A stretch of DNA of 64,000 bases from Acidobacteriota bacterium (GCA_965209055.1 OZ242374.1:5824001-5888000); one strand, 5' to 3'; shown: positions 18,475 through 29,064, numbered from the stretch's first letter. The notes: generated by a model from the sequence alone, not told the origin. Program-made: numbers and translations.

Positions 18475-19179
18475 TCATCCTTTCGCCCTGCCGCAACTCG
18501 CGCCCGAACCGAGCAAATCGGGCCTGCGATCCCGAGTACGTCTCAGAGCCTGTTCCTCTCGCCAGGAACGGATCTCTTTATGGTTCCCCGACAGCAGGAC
18601 CTCGGGGACCGCACGATCCCGGTATGTGGCCGGCCGGGTGTACTGAGGATAGTCCAACAACCCGGTGGCAAACGACTCCTGCTCCAATGAAGCCGGCTTG
18701 CCCACCACGCCCGGGATCATTCGCACGATCGCGTCCACTATCAGCAGGGCCGGCAGTTCGCCACCCGTGACCACGAAGTCTCCCATGGAGATCTCTTCGT
18801 CCACCAGATCATCCAACGCCCTCTGGTCCACTCCCTCGTAACGTCCACATATGAACGTCAGATGGGATTTCCGGGACAATTCCACCGCCTTCTCCTGCGT
18901 GAACCGGCTTCCCTGCGGACTCGGATAGACGACCCAGGGCTTTCGCCGGCCCTGGCGACATCGCTCCACCGCGCGGAACAGGGGTTCGGGCTTGAGCACC
19001 ATGCCCTCTCCGCCTCCGTAGGGCCGATCGTCCACGGTTCGGTGCCGATCCGTCGTAAATTCCCGGAGGTCCACCAACTCCAAGCGAAACAAATCCTTTC
19101 GGATCGCCTGATGCAGGATACCGTAATCGAAAAATCCCTGACACATCCCGGGGAAAATGGTGATGACATCGACCTGCAT
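18475..19179 (-). CDS. trmD: tRNA (guanine-N1)-methyltransferase
   Basis: [38 protein letters not shown]. Confidence 0.97.
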   Translation of the reverse strand: MQVDVITIFPGMCQGFFDYGILHQAIRKDLFRLELVDLREFTTDRHRTVDDRPYGGGEGMVLKPEPLFRAVERCRQGRRKPWVVYPSPQGSRFTQEKAVELSRKSHLTFICGRYEGVDQRALDDLVDEEISMGDFVVTGGELPALLIVDAIVRMIPGVVGKPASLEQESFATGLLDYPQYTRPATYRDRAVPEVLLSGNHKEIRSWREEQALRRTRDRRPDLLGSGASCGRAKG

Positions 19180-19238
19180 TTCAGAAGCAACTCCTGCAGA
19201 CCGTCCCGCTGGTCCGCAGTCAAACGCCCCGCGACATG

Positions 19239-19754
19239 CTAGCCCGAAGGGGCCAGTCCCGGAGGAAGGTCCACCTGGATGACCCCGCGGTCCAGATCCA
19301 CATCCCGAATGAACGCCCGTGCCAACGGGATCATGAGTTCCCCATCGTTCTGGTCCCGGATCACCAGATTCACGCCTTCGGAACCGGTTCGAAACAATTC
19401 GACCACCGTGCCCAGATCGTGTCCTTTCTGCTCGACGCTCAAACCCAGGAGATCAGACTCGAAGAAGGCCCCTTCCGGGAGCGGCATGCGCTCCTCCAAG
19501 GGGATCTGGACCTCCCCCCCGATCAGTTCCCGGACCTGTTCGGGCCGTTCCCTGCCCCGAAACTTCAGCAGCACGCGGCCCTTGTGAAAACGGGCCGACT
19601 CGATGAACTCCTGGTACTCGGCGCCGGGAAGGGCCACCCGGACGTCGTTCGTAGAGGAGAATCGCTCCGGGAAGTCCGTCAGAAGCTCGGCGGAAACCTC
19701 ACCACGTATTCCCCTCGCCTTGACGATGAGAGCTATGGCTATGAATTCAGTCAA
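19239..19754 (-). CDS. rimM: Ribosome maturation factor RimM
   Basis: GIRGEV, DLLGL, PRC-barrel C-terminus; conserved operon position. Confidence 0.93.
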   Translation of the reverse strand: MTEFIAIALIVKARGIRGEVSAELLTDFPERFSSTNDVRVALPGAEYQEFIESARFHKGRVLLKFRGRERPEQVRELIGGEVQIPLEERMPLPEGAFFESDLLGLSVEQKGHDLGTVVELFRTGSEGVNLVIRDQNDGELMIPLARAFIRDVDLDRGVIQVDLPPGLAPSG

Positions 19755-19985
19755 CTACTCGAGGATTTCCAGGACGAACCTTTTGCGCAACTTCATTCCG
19801 GCCGCGCCCAACAACGTCCGAATGGCACGGGCGGTTCGTCCGTGCCTGCCGATGACCTTGCCAAGATCATGCTGGGCGACCCTCAGTTCGAGCACGGTGG
19901 TCTGTTCCCCCGCCACCTCGGTCACTCGAACTTCTTCCGGATCATCGACCAGCGTCTTCGCTATCATCTCGACAAGCTCTCTCAT
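19755..19985 (-). CDS. khpA: KH-domain RNA-binding protein KhpA
   Basis: [17 protein letters not shown]; lies between rpsP and rimM. Confidence 0.93.
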   Translation of the reverse strand: MRELVEMIAKTLVDDPEEVRVTEVAGEQTTVLELRVAQHDLGKVIGRHGRTARAIRTLLGAAGMKLRKRFVLEILE

Positions 19986-20070
19986 AGTTGCCTCCTGGCA
20001 GCGCTGCCGGGAGCCCGTGACCGGCGCCGTTATGGCGCCGGCACGAAGCTGCTCGTGACCATCAACCGAC

Positions 20071-20319
20071 TCAGGGTTGCTCTTGCTGGCGAACCCTGCT
20101 GATCAGTCCGGTGACCGTTCCCGAAGGCTGAGCCCCCAGATTCATCCAGTGGTCGATTCGCTCCAGGTTCAAGCTGAGACGAACCGGTTTGAGAGCCGGA
20201 TTGTAATATCCCAAGATTTCAAGAAATCGCCCGTCCCTGGGACTGCTGCGCTCAGCCACCACAACCCGGTAGTGGGGATCCTTCTTGGCACCGTGTCGAC
20301 TTAGCCGTATTCTCAACAA
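20071..20319 (-). CDS. rpsP: 30S ribosomal protein S16
   Basis: [33 protein letters not shown]. Confidence 0.98.
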   Translation of the reverse strand: MLRIRLSRHGAKKDPHYRVVVAERSSPRDGRFLEILGYYNPALKPVRLSLNLERIDHWMNLGAQPSGTVTGLISRVRQQEQP

Positions 20320-20362
20320 TCGATTACCTCCAACAAAAACAGTATTTTATCAAAAAGAGGCT

Positions 20363-21694
20363 CTAGACGGGGAAGCCGATGCGACTCCGAGACCGGCCCA
20401 GAAACCCCCGCTTCATACGTTTCATCATGGTTCGAGCCTGCAGATACTGCTTCAGGAGGCGGTTGACGTCGGACACCGTCCGGCCGCTGCCGCGGGCGAT
20501 CCGGCGGCGGCGGGAACCCTTGATGATCCGGGGGTTTGCGCGCTCCATGGGAGTCATGGAATTGATCATCGCCTCCATGGCGTCCAGTTGCTTTTCTTCG
20601 AGCTGGACCTGTCCCATCCCCTTGAACATTCCTCCCTGCGGAAGCATGCCCATAACCTGTTCCAGTGGTCCCAGCTTGCGGAGCTGGCGCAATTGGACCC
20701 TGAAGTCGTCCAGGGTGAATTCATCCCTCCGGATCCTCTCCAGAATCTTCCGGCTGTCCTGCGGCGCCACCGCCGCTTCAGCCTTCTCGATGAGGCGGAG
20801 GACATCTCCCTGGCCCAGTATCCGGCCGGCCATCCGCTCCGGATGAAAGGTTTCGAAGGCGCCGTAGTCCTCACCCGTTCCGATGAATTTGATGGGCTGA
20901 CCCGTGACGGTCCGGATCGAAAGGGCCGCGCCGCCGCGGGCGTCCCCATCCATCTTGGTGAGGACCACGCCGGATAGATCGAGCCGGTCTCCAAAGCTCT
21001 TGGCCGAACGGACGGCATCCTGACCCGTCATGGCATCGGCGACCAAAAGAACTTCGTGGGCCCCCACTCCGGCCACGATCTCCTGCAACTCGATCATGAG
21101 CTCCTCGTCCACGTGGAGGCGCCCCGCCGTATCGACGAGCAGCGGGTCGAATCCCATGTTTGCGGCCCGCTTCCTGGCCGTCCGGGCCCGGCGAACCGGG
21201 TCCCGGGCCGGGGGGTCCTCCACCTCGATCCCGATGGCGGAGCCCACGACCGAGAGTTGATGGATGGCCGCCGGGCGGCGGACATCCGTCGACACCATCA
21301 GGGGCCGCCGGCCCTTGGCTTCGAGCCATCGCGCCAGTTTCCCCGTCGTGGTCGTCTTGCCGCTCCCTTGCAGACCGACCAACACGATCACCGTCGGCCT
21401 TCGAGCTCCCCTGGTCAAATCGGCCGTCTCCGATCCGAGAAGGCGAGTGAGCTCCTCGTTGACGATCTTCACGACCTGTTGACCGGGGGTGAGGCTGCGC
21501 ATCACTTCCTGTCCCAAGGCCTTTTCCCGGATGCCGGAGATGAACGACTTGACCACGCCGAAATGGACGTCGGCCTCCAGCAGGGCGATGCGGATCTGGC
21601 GCAGAGAGGCATTCAGGTGCGCCTTGGAGACGCGCCCCTCCCCCTTGAGATCCCTCAGAATCTTCTGCAGCCGGGAGGACAGGTTCTCGAACAT
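20363..21694 (-). CDS. ffh: Signal recognition particle protein Ffh
   Basis: MFENLSSRL start, GLQGSGKTT, DTAGR, TKMDGDARGGAALS, M domain SRRRRIARGSG. Confidence 0.97.
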   Translation of the reverse strand: MFENLSSRLQKILRDLKGEGRVSKAHLNASLRQIRIALLEADVHFGVVKSFISGIREKALGQEVMRSLTPGQQVVKIVNEELTRLLGSETADLTRGARRPTVIVLVGLQGSGKTTTTGKLARWLEAKGRRPLMVSTDVRRPAAIHQLSVVGSAIGIEVEDPPARDPVRRARTARKRAANMGFDPLLVDTAGRLHVDEELMIELQEIVAGVGAHEVLLVADAMTGQDAVRSAKSFGDRLDLSGVVLTKMDGDARGGAALSIRTVTGQPIKFIGTGEDYGAFETFHPERMAGRILGQGDVLRLIEKAEAAVAPQDSRKILERIRRDEFTLDDFRVQLRQLRKLGPLEQVMGMLPQGGMFKGMGQVQLEEKQLDAMEAMINSMTPMERANPRIIKGSRRRRIARGSGRTVSDVNRLLKQYLQARTMMKRMKRGFLGRSRSRIGFPV

Positions 21695-21791
21695 GACGTC
21701 AGCCTCGAACAGTCGCCTCCATTCTATCGCGCCTGTCAAAACCGGGCCGGCTCCGGCCGAATCCCGCCGCGACCGGCGTCCCGAATTGCCG

Positions 21792-21950
21792 GCAGACCGT
21801 GGCAAAAGTCGTCACGGCATTCGACCGCGTCTGCGCCCGCCGGACTGCGTTGCTCCTCGGTCACATATTCCCGATATGCTCCCTCAGAGCGCCTTGTCCG
21901 GCGGGCGCAGTCCCGGTCTCGGTGCTCGCGAGACTTCTGCCACGAACTGC
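21792..21950. mobile_element. 159-bp MITE (family B) with 19-bp imperfect terminal inverted repeats
   Basis: gcagaccgtggcaaaagtc ... gacttctgccacgaactgc (3 mismatches); internal nested palindrome; no transposase. Confidence 0.7.
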
Positions 21951-21982
21951 ACGTCTGCGGGACGAAATCGGAGTTCCCGGGA

Positions 21983-23908
21983 ATGAGAGACTTTCTGGTC
22001 GGAACCGCCGGTCACATCGATCACGGCAAGACCACCCTCCTGAAAGCCTTGACGGGCATCGACACCGACCGCCTGGAGGAAGAAAAGCGCCGCGGGATCA
22101 CCATCGACATCGGCTTCGCCCACCTGTCCCTGGGTCACGTCCGGATCGGGTTCGTCGACGTTCCGGGGCACGAAAGGCTGGTCAAGAACATGCTGGCCGG
22201 CATCGGCGGCATCGACTTGGCTCTGCTCATCGTCGCCGCCGACGAATCGATCATGCCGCAGACGCTGGAGCATTTTCACATCTGCCGGCTCCTGGACATT
22301 CCCGCAGGAATCGTCGTCCTCACCAAGTGCGATTCGGTGGAGCCGGAACTTCTGAACCTGGTTCGGGAAGAGATTCGAGCCATGACCCGGGGCAGCTTGC
22401 TTGAAAACAGTCCGGTCATCGCCGTGGACAGCATCTCGGGGAGCGGGCTGGAGCGACTGAAACAGGCTCTGCTCGATCATGCTCGAGGACCCGGTCGGAA
22501 TCGTGGCTTCCGGCTGGAAAGAGTGATCCGGCTGCCGGTGGACCGGGTCTTCACCAAGCGGGGATTCGGGACGGTGGTGACCGGCACCCTGACCTCGGGA
22601 ATCATCGAGCAGGGAGACGCCGTTGCCGTCTATCCTTCCGGAAAGAGGGGCAAGATCCGGCGCGTCGAGATCTTCAACCGCGAGGCTGCCAAGGCGGTGG
22701 CGGGCCAGCGGACCGCATTGAACCTCTCGGGACTGGGAAAGGACGACCTGAACCGGGGGATGGTCCTTTCGCGGCCCGGAGGTCTTCGGCCGACTCGTTC
22801 TCTGGACGCCTCGATCAGCGTGCTGACGGACGCGCCGCGCCCGCTGAAACGAAAAACTCCAGTCCGATTTCACCACGGAAGCGGACAGTGGCACGGCCAT
22901 GTGTATCCACTGGAAGGGAAAGTGGTGGCTCCCGGCCGGCGCGCGATGGTTCAGTTGCGACTCGATCAACCCGCCATGTGCTGGATTGGAGACCGGTTCA
23001 TTCTCAGGATGGACTCTCCGCCCGTCACCGTCGGAGGCGGAGTGGTGTTGGACGACCACCCGCCCCGTCACCGTGCCCGGAATCTCTCCGGAGCGCTGTC
23101 GGCATTGAAGGCGCTTCATTCGGGACTGGAAGCCACCTGCCGCGACACGGACCGGATCCGGCTCGAGTTCCTGGTTCGCTCCAAAGGGGAGCCCGGGATT
23201 GACATCGGCGAGTTGGCCGCCCGGACCGGCGCGCCGCGGCGGCGATTGCTGGAACACCTGCGGGAGCATCCGGATATCGAGCTCGTGCCCCAGGAGCCGT
23301 CTCTGGCAGTGACGCGGGCAGCCCTGCGAAGTCTGCAGGAATCGATGCTCTCCTACCTGAACGATTTCCACTCTCGAAACCCGCTGGCCGCGGGCGTCTC
23401 CAGGGAAGAGCTTCGAAACCGGTTCCTGAGGTCCTCCAGTATCGACTACTTCCAGTTCCTGCTGCAGCGGCTGGAGCAGCGGGAACTGATCCGCATCGAC
23501 CGCTCGATCGTCATGCGGCGAGATTGGGCGCCCCGCCTGAATCCGGCTCAGGAGGGAGTGCGGCGGTCCATTCTGGATGCTCTCCGGAGAAGTTTTCCCC
23601 GGCCGCCGAACCTGACGGAGCTGAAGCAGCGGCTGCACCACCCGCCGTCCCGGACCGAAGAGGTCTGTTTCTTCCTGATCCAACAAGGCGATCTGGTCCG
23701 GGTCGGCGGGGAATTCGTCTTGACCCCGTTTCAAATCGACCGTCTCAAAAACGAACTCACGATCAAGTTCTCTCCCGGCCAATCGTTTTCGGTCCCCGAG
23801 TTCAAGGACTCCCTGGGGATCAGCCGCAAGTACGCCATCCCGTTTCTCGAGTACCTGGACCGGGAGGGAGTCACCCGGCGCCAGGGAGACGGAAGAGTCG
23901 TTCTTTAA
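21983..23908 (+). CDS. selB: Selenocysteine-specific elongation factor SelB
   Basis: [28 protein letters not shown]-terminal winged-helix [13 protein letters not shown]. Confidence 0.96.
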   Translation: MRDFLVGTAGHIDHGKTTLLKALTGIDTDRLEEEKRRGITIDIGFAHLSLGHVRIGFVDVPGHERLVKNMLAGIGGIDLALLIVAADESIMPQTLEHFHICRLLDIPAGIVVLTKCDSVEPELLNLVREEIRAMTRGSLLENSPVIAVDSISGSGLERLKQALLDHARGPGRNRGFRLERVIRLPVDRVFTKRGFGTVVTGTLTSGIIEQGDAVAVYPSGKRGKIRRVEIFNREAAKAVAGQRTALNLSGLGKDDLNRGMVLSRPGGLRPTRSLDASISVLTDAPRPLKRKTPVRFHHGSGQWHGHVYPLEGKVVAPGRRAMVQLRLDQPAMCWIGDRFILRMDSPPVTVGGGVVLDDHPPRHRARNLSGALSALKALHSGLEATCRDTDRIRLEFLVRSKGEPGIDIGELAARTGAPRRRLLEHLREHPDIELVPQEPSLAVTRAALRSLQESMLSYLNDFHSRNPLAAGVSREELRNRFLRSSSIDYFQFLLQRLEQRELIRIDRSIVMRRDWAPRLNPAQEGVRRSILDALRRSFPRPPNLTELKQRLHHPPSRTEEVCFFLIQQGDLVRVGGEFVLTPFQIDRLKNELTIKFSPGQSFSVPEFKDSLGISRKYAIPFLEYLDREGVTRRQGDGRVVL

Positions 23909-23972
23909 CCGCCCGTTGCAAAAGCCGGCACGGCATTCGTCCGTCCCTGCACAGGCGCGGACTGCGTTGCTG
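23909..23972 (+). mobile_element. Partial MITE copy (family B, left end)
   Basis: cccgttgcaaaagccggcacggcattcg...ggactgcgttgc aligns with 21797-21853. Confidence 0.55.
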
Positions 23973-24233
23973 CCGGTCTGCGTTAAACCCCTCCCGACCC
24001 GGCGCTGAGCCTCATTTCTCACCCGGCGCAAAAAGTTCATAGACTGAAATTGTGCACAGTGCAACGGTAAGGATGTGGCCGCAGACTTGTCGAACCGGGC
24101 GGCACCGAACTTCCCGCCCGCACAACTCCCAAGACGCACGGACTCGATGTTCCGCCGCGTTACGGGCCAGGTGCGGGTCTGGAGGTCCCGGGCTGCCCAT
24201 GGTCAAAACGTAAAGACGAAAAAGGAGAATCCA

Positions 24234-24932
24234 ATGAAATTCAGGATGAATTCCATTTTCACGGTCTGCATCATTGTGTCTCTCGCCTTGGCCTCCGGCG
24301 CCACCGGCCTCGCTCAGGACACTTTCCAGGTCACAGTCCACAACCTGACCGGGAGTCAACTCATCACCCCGCCTTTGGTCGTGGTGCATGATTCCTCCAC
24401 CTCCCTCTTCACGGTCGGACAGCCCGCAAGCGCCGAATTGGCGACGCTGGCGGAAGAGGGAAACCCCATGCCGCTGATGGAAGCCGCGATGGGAATGGAG
24501 GGAGTATTCGATACCGGAGTGGCCTTCGGTCCCGGAGACCCGCCGGTCATTCCCCCGGGCGAGTCCGCCAGCGTGATGGTGGAGGCCACGCCCCAGTACA
24601 AGTGGCTTTCGGTCGTGGGCATGCTGGCGACGACCAATGATTCATTCTTTGCAGTCAGCAGAGTGCAGCTTCCGGTGCGAGTGGCTTTCTACTTCCTCGG
24701 GCCCCGCTCCTTGACGGTGAGCGCCCCGGCCTACGATGCAGGAAGCGAGGCAAACTCCGAGTCGTGTGACTTCATTCCCGGCCCGCCCTGTGGAAATCAC
24801 GTCCACGATCCGGCCGAAGCCGAAGGCTTCGTTCATATCAGCAACGGGGTTCACGGAACCGGCGACGTCAATGCCGCCGATGCCGACTGGCGCAATCCCG
24901 TAGCCCGAGTGACGATCACCCGGGTCGATTGA
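24234..24932 (+). CDS. Secreted spondin-domain (Spondin_N-like) protein
   Basis: AAGGAG RBS; signal peptide; TPPLVVVH, LAEEG, MLATTNDSF, YDAGSEAN motifs. Confidence 0.8.
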   Translation: MKFRMNSIFTVCIIVSLALASGATGLAQDTFQVTVHNLTGSQLITPPLVVVHDSSTSLFTVGQPASAELATLAEEGNPMPLMEAAMGMEGVFDTGVAFGPGDPPVIPPGESASVMVEATPQYKWLSVVGMLATTNDSFFAVSRVQLPVRVAFYFLGPRSLTVSAPAYDAGSEANSESCDFIPGPPCGNHVHDPAEAEGFVHISNGVHGTGDVNAADADWRNPVARVTITRVD

Positions 24933-24966
24933 AACGCCTGAGGCGGCGGAATGATTCCGCGCTCAC

Positions 24967-24998
24967 GACAGGGGCCGGCGCATGCGCCGGCCCCTGTC
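24967..24998 (+). terminator. Perfect 32-bp palindrome after the spondin gene; probable terminator hairpin
   Basis: gacaggggccggcgca|tgcgccggcccctgtc, followed by only TT. Confidence 0.55.
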
Positions 24999-25086
24999 TT
25001 CCCATGAGAACAGAATTGAACCTACAAGCCCTCCGGGATAGCCTGGACCGCGAAAGGGGCGGCGAGTCTCCTTCTTCAACGGAGGT

Positions 25087-26574
25087 TTGGACATGAGAAC
25101 GGGCAGGTTGGCGGCAGCGGCGTTTTCGCTGGGACTTTCAATGGTGGAGGCTTCGCCCGCCGGGCAGGACAAACCGGAAGGGCCCATCGATATCGGTTCC
25201 CGCCTGGAACTGTTCGTCGACGACTTCCTCATAGAGTCCATGGACGGGCTGGAACTTCGACTGCAGCGCCCGCGGTCCGCCGGGAAAATCGTGGTCTTCG
25301 ACCGGCCCTGGGAAGGCACCACCAGCGTCTATCACACCGTCTTCAAGGATGGAGACGGCTATCGCCTCTACTACCGGGGCAGCAGCGCTGCGGACTATGC
25401 CCACGAGGCCCTGTTGAGTCCGGAGGAAAAGATCGTTCCCAACCATGAATCGGTGACCTGCATGCTGGAGAGCCGGGATGGGATCGAGTGGACCCGGCCC
25501 TCTCTGGGCCTGGTCGAGTTCCAGGGATCCACCGACAACAACATCGTCTGGAAAGGAATGGCATCCTGCTGCTTCGCTCCGTTCAAGGACGACAATCCCG
25601 ATGCTCCCCCCGAAGAACGCTATAAGGCATTGGGCAACGCGGGACCCGGATGGCCCAATCACGTCCTGAAGGCGTTCGTCTCGGCGGATGGAAAGCGGTG
25701 GCGTCTCGCCAGCGAGGAGGCGGCCATCAGCGACGGCAAGTTCGACTCGCTGAACGTCCCCTTCTGGGACCCGGTCCGTCGCCGGTACGGGGCCGTCTAC
25801 CGCGACTCCGACGGAGTCCGCAGCGTCAAGTTCGCCACCTCCAGGGACTTTCTCAATTGGACTCCGGGAACCTGGGCCGACTACGGCGGCACTCCCCGCG
25901 AGCACCTTTACACGAACGGGACACAGCCCTATTTTCGCGCGCCCCACATCCTGATCGCGCTCCCCAAGAGGTTCGTCCCCTGGAGGACGTACCATCCCGC
26001 CATGCCCACCGCGGGCGTCTCGGAAGCGGTCTTCATGAGCAGCCGCGACGGCATTCACTGGGACCGGCGTTTCATGGAGGCGTTCATTCGCCCGGGCCGG
26101 GATCCCCGGAACTGGGTACACCGTACCAATATGCCCTCCGCCGGCGTGGTTGCCACTTCCGATGACGAGATGTCCCTCTACGTGTCGCGCCACTACACCT
26201 TTCCCAGCGCTCACCTGGAGCGGATGGTGCTGAGGACCGACGGCTACGTCTCCATCCACGCCGGCCATGAGGGGGGAGAATGGGTCAGTCGTCCCCTGAT
26301 CTTCGAGGGCGGAAATCTGGTTCTGAACCTTGCCACGTCCGCGGCCGGGAGCATTCGCCTGGAAGTGCAGGACACGAAGGGACGTCCACTCCCCGGGTTC
26401 GCGCTGGAGGAATCTCCCCTGATCTGGGGCGATGAGATCGAGCACACGGTGAGGTGGGAACGCAAGTATGGCCGGCCGGCCTCGGACCAGCCCCTGAAGA
26501 GGATCGCCGGCAAACCGGTTCGGCTCAGGTTCGTCATGAAGGACGCGGACCTCTACTCCCTCAGGTTCAGGTAG
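25087..26574 (+). CDS. Secreted beta-propeller protein, glycoside-hydrolase-like
   Basis: Repeated Asp-box-like S-x-D-G-x-x-W motifs (SRDGIEW, SADGKRW, SRDFLNW, SRDGIHW); RTDGYVS; signal peptide. Confidence 0.7.
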   Translation: MDMRTGRLAAAAFSLGLSMVEASPAGQDKPEGPIDIGSRLELFVDDFLIESMDGLELRLQRPRSAGKIVVFDRPWEGTTSVYHTVFKDGDGYRLYYRGSSAADYAHEALLSPEEKIVPNHESVTCMLESRDGIEWTRPSLGLVEFQGSTDNNIVWKGMASCCFAPFKDDNPDAPPEERYKALGNAGPGWPNHVLKAFVSADGKRWRLASEEAAISDGKFDSLNVPFWDPVRRRYGAVYRDSDGVRSVKFATSRDFLNWTPGTWADYGGTPREHLYTNGTQPYFRAPHILIALPKRFVPWRTYHPAMPTAGVSEAVFMSSRDGIHWDRRFMEAFIRPGRDPRNWVHRTNMPSAGVVATSDDEMSLYVSRHYTFPSAHLERMVLRTDGYVSIHAGHEGGEWVSRPLIFEGGNLVLNLATSAAGSIRLEVQDTKGRPLPGFALEESPLIWGDEIEHTVRWERKYGRPASDQPLKRIAGKPVRLRFVMKDADLYSLRFR

Positions 26575-26585
26575 CTGGAGTCCCG

Positions 26586-27905
26586 GTGAGTGTAGAAACC
26601 AGGGACAGCCGCCGCCGCTTCAGCCGGCTGCTGGCGGGCATTCTGGCATTCGGCTGCCTTGGCGCCTCCCCCAACTCCCTGCGCATTGCCCGGCCGGAGG
26701 AATCCGCAAATCCCGGCTCGGCCGCGGACCAGTTGCGCCGATCCACCGAAACGGTCCTGGCCAGAGTCAGCGCGATTCGCAACCTTCCCGCCACAGGCTC
26801 CGTCGACGTCGGGCTCCGAAGCCGCAACGAGATTCGCCGCTACGTCCTCGCCCGAATGGCTGAAGAGTATCCGCCCGAGGAACTCGATCTCGACCGGCGC
26901 CTTCTGGTGAAGCTGGCCCTGATACCGGAGTCTCTGGACTATCGCAGGACCCTGGTGCGACTGCTCACCGAACAGGTGGCCGGTTACTACGACCCCAAGG
27001 CCCGGACCCTGCATGTCGCCGACTGGGTGCCGGTCCAGGAACAGCTCCCGGTGATGGCCCATGAGCTGGCCCATGCGCTCCAAGATCAGCACTTCGATCT
27101 GGACAAGCTGCTGGAGGGCGTCGAAGGGAACGAAGACACCACCCAAGCCCATGTCGCCGTGGTGGAGGGAGAGGGCCTGGGACTCATGTTGGAATACGTT
27201 CTGGAACCCGCGGGAATGAGCTTCCTGGACATTCCGGACATCGTCCAGATGCAAAAGGACCAGATGGCGAACGCCAGCCAGAGCTATGACGTCTTTCGGA
27301 CGGTTCCCGCCTTTTTCCGGGAGGCGCTGCTCTTTCCCTACGTCCAGGGGGCGCGATTCCTTCAACACTACGTCAGGCGCCACGGTTGGCCGGGTGTGGA
27401 CCGGCTTTACGCCGACCTGCCCCGGTCCACGGAACAGATTCTCCATCCGGAAAAGTACGAGTCCCCGAAGGATGAACCGACTCCCGTGGAACCCCCGCCG
27501 CTTCCCGCCGGCCTCGGGGGGCGCTGGGAGCGGATCTACCGGAACGTCCTGGGAGAATTCATGTTCCGGCTGATCCTGGACCAGTTCCTGGAAGCGGATC
27601 CGGCCCGGGGCGCCGCCGCCGGCTGGGACGGCGACTCGGTCCAGCTTTTTGAGGGCGCCGAAGGAGAGTTGGCGCTTTGGATCCGTTCCGTCTGGGACAC
27701 CGAACAGGACGCCGCCGAGTTCGTCGAGGCCTACGAAGACCTCATCCGGCTCAAGTACGGTCCGGCCGGTCCGCGGGAGGACCCCGACGGGGCGGGGGCG
27801 CGCCGCCTCTGGAGAACGGAAACCGACGTCCTGATTCTGGAGCGGGCCGGTCTGCGTGTCGACCTGCTGGAAGCCACCTTGCAGGGTCCAAGCGGCCATC
27901 CGTGA
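26586..27905 (+). CDS. Secreted putative zinc metallopeptidase (HExxH)
   Basis: AGYYDP...MAHELAHALQDQHF, EGEG, PRSTEQILHP, AAGWDGD. Confidence 0.7.
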   Translation: MSVETRDSRRRFSRLLAGILAFGCLGASPNSLRIARPEESANPGSAADQLRRSTETVLARVSAIRNLPATGSVDVGLRSRNEIRRYVLARMAEEYPPEELDLDRRLLVKLALIPESLDYRRTLVRLLTEQVAGYYDPKARTLHVADWVPVQEQLPVMAHELAHALQDQHFDLDKLLEGVEGNEDTTQAHVAVVEGEGLGLMLEYVLEPAGMSFLDIPDIVQMQKDQMANASQSYDVFRTVPAFFREALLFPYVQGARFLQHYVRRHGWPGVDRLYADLPRSTEQILHPEKYESPKDEPTPVEPPPLPAGLGGRWERIYRNVLGEFMFRLILDQFLEADPARGAAAGWDGDSVQLFEGAEGELALWIRSVWDTEQDAAEFVEAYEDLIRLKYGPAGPREDPDGAGARRLWRTETDVLILERAGLRVDLLEATLQGPSGHP

Positions 27906-27917
27906 GCGGCCGCCGAT

Positions 27918-27947
27918 TTGACAGTGTGGGAGCCGGAGGATTAAGAT
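27918..27947 (+). promoter_or_regulatory. Sigma70-type promoter of tatA
   Basis: TTGACA-N18-TAAGAT. Confidence 0.55.
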
Positions 27948-27992
27948 TCGGTCATCGAATCTTGATTTTGGATATCTGAGAGGTCACCGGCA

Positions 27993-28163
27993 ATGGGTGG
28001 TTTGGGTGTTTCGGAACTCGTCATCATTCTCATTATCGTGGTCGTGATCTTCGGCGCCAGCCGCCTTCCCCAACTGGGGAAAGGACTGGGTCAAGGAATC
28101 CGGAATTTCAAGGATTCCATAAGGGCCTCCCAGGAAAAAGGGATCGAGAAGAAAACGGAATAG
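27993..28163 (+). CDS. tatA: Twin-arginine translocase subunit TatA/E
   Basis: Absent from the ORF track (56 aa): [42 protein letters not shown]. Confidence 0.93.
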   Translation: MGGLGVSELVIILIIVVVIFGASRLPQLGKGLGQGIRNFKDSIRASQEKGIEKKTE

Positions 28164-28214
28164 TCCCGGCGCCCGGTTCCGGAGCCGTCCCCCCTTTCGC
28201 GACCCGCATCCATT

Positions 28215-28385
28215 GGGAAGGGCGATTTCCAATCGCCCGTCTTTCTATTGCCGGTCCGCCCACGCTCCAAGATTCGGCGGTTTGGAAACCGCCGCCCCAA
28301 GGAGGGGCGATTTCCAATCGCCCGTCTTTCTTTCGCCGGTCCGCACACGCTCGAAGATTCGGCGGTTTGGAAACCGCCGCCCCAA
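28215..28385. repeat. Two tandem family-A double-hairpin units
   Basis: gggcgatttccaatcgccc...gattcggcggtttggaaaccgccgcccc twice, between convergent tatA and cutA. Confidence 0.85.
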
Positions 28386-28400
28386 AGAGGGGCTTCCGTT

Positions 28401-28718
28401 CTAACCGGTTTCGGCAACGACCCAGTCCAGATAGGGCCTGCTCCCCTCCTGAACCGGCCAACAGAGGATTTCCGGGACATCGTAGGGGTGGAGTTCCCCG
28501 ATCCGCTCCATTAATTCCCGCAGCCGGCCGTCCCGGGTCTTGATCACCAGCAGGAGTTCGGCGTCCTCCTCGATCCGGCCCTCCCACTTGTAAACCGAGG
28601 TCACGTTCTCGATAATATTCACGCAGGCGGCGAGACGGTCCTCAACCAGCCTCCGGGCCAGTCTTCGGGCGGCGTCGGCGCTGTCGATGGTGCAAAAGAC
28701 GATTCGGACCGGTGTCAT
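28401..28718 (-). CDS. cutA: Divalent-cation tolerance protein CutA
   Basis: LVEDRLAACVN, SVYKWEG, IKT, HPYDVPEI; GGAGG RBS before ATG 28718. Confidence 0.93.
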   Translation of the reverse strand: MTPVRIVFCTIDSADAARRLARRLVEDRLAACVNIIENVTSVYKWEGRIEEDAELLLVIKTRDGRLRELMERIGELHPYDVPEILCWPVQEGSRPYLDWVVAETG

Positions 28719-28731
28719 AGGTTCCTCCTCT

Positions 28732-29064
28732 ATGGCTATCAGTCGCAAGGCACGACGGGAAACCTTCTGGATCCTGCTCCTGGCGGCCTGCTTCTTCCTC
28801 ACCTACATCCTGATCTTCGCCGAAGGGGGCTACCTGGAGTTCCGCAAGGCCCGGGGCGAGTTGCAGCAACTCCTGATGGAAAACCAGGAGCTGCGCCAGC
28901 AGCAGCAACTCTACCGGGAGCAGATCCGGAAGCTGCGCGAAGACCCCGACGAAGTCGAACGCATCGCCCGGGACCGTCACGGCTACGCCAAGCCGGGCGA
29001 CATCATCGTCAACCTGCCCGGCCGGACCGATTCGCCTCCAGGCCGCGATCCAGGAAGTCGATAA
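28732..29064 (+). CDS. ftsB: Septum formation initiator (FtsB/DivIC family)
   Basis: TM helix, G(G)Y, coiled coil, ERIARD..GYAKPGD. Confidence 0.85.
   Translation: MAISRKARRETFWILLLAACFFLTYILIFAEGGYLEFRKARGELQQLLMENQELRQQQQLYREQIRKLREDPDEVERIARDRHGYAKPGDIIVNLPGRTDSPPGRDPGSR

Noticed and set aside
21700-24230. tRNA-Sec (selC) or SRP RNA near selB/ffh
   Set aside because: No cloverleaf with a TCA anticodon and no SRP domain IV motif found; the structured sequences here belong to the family-B MITE.
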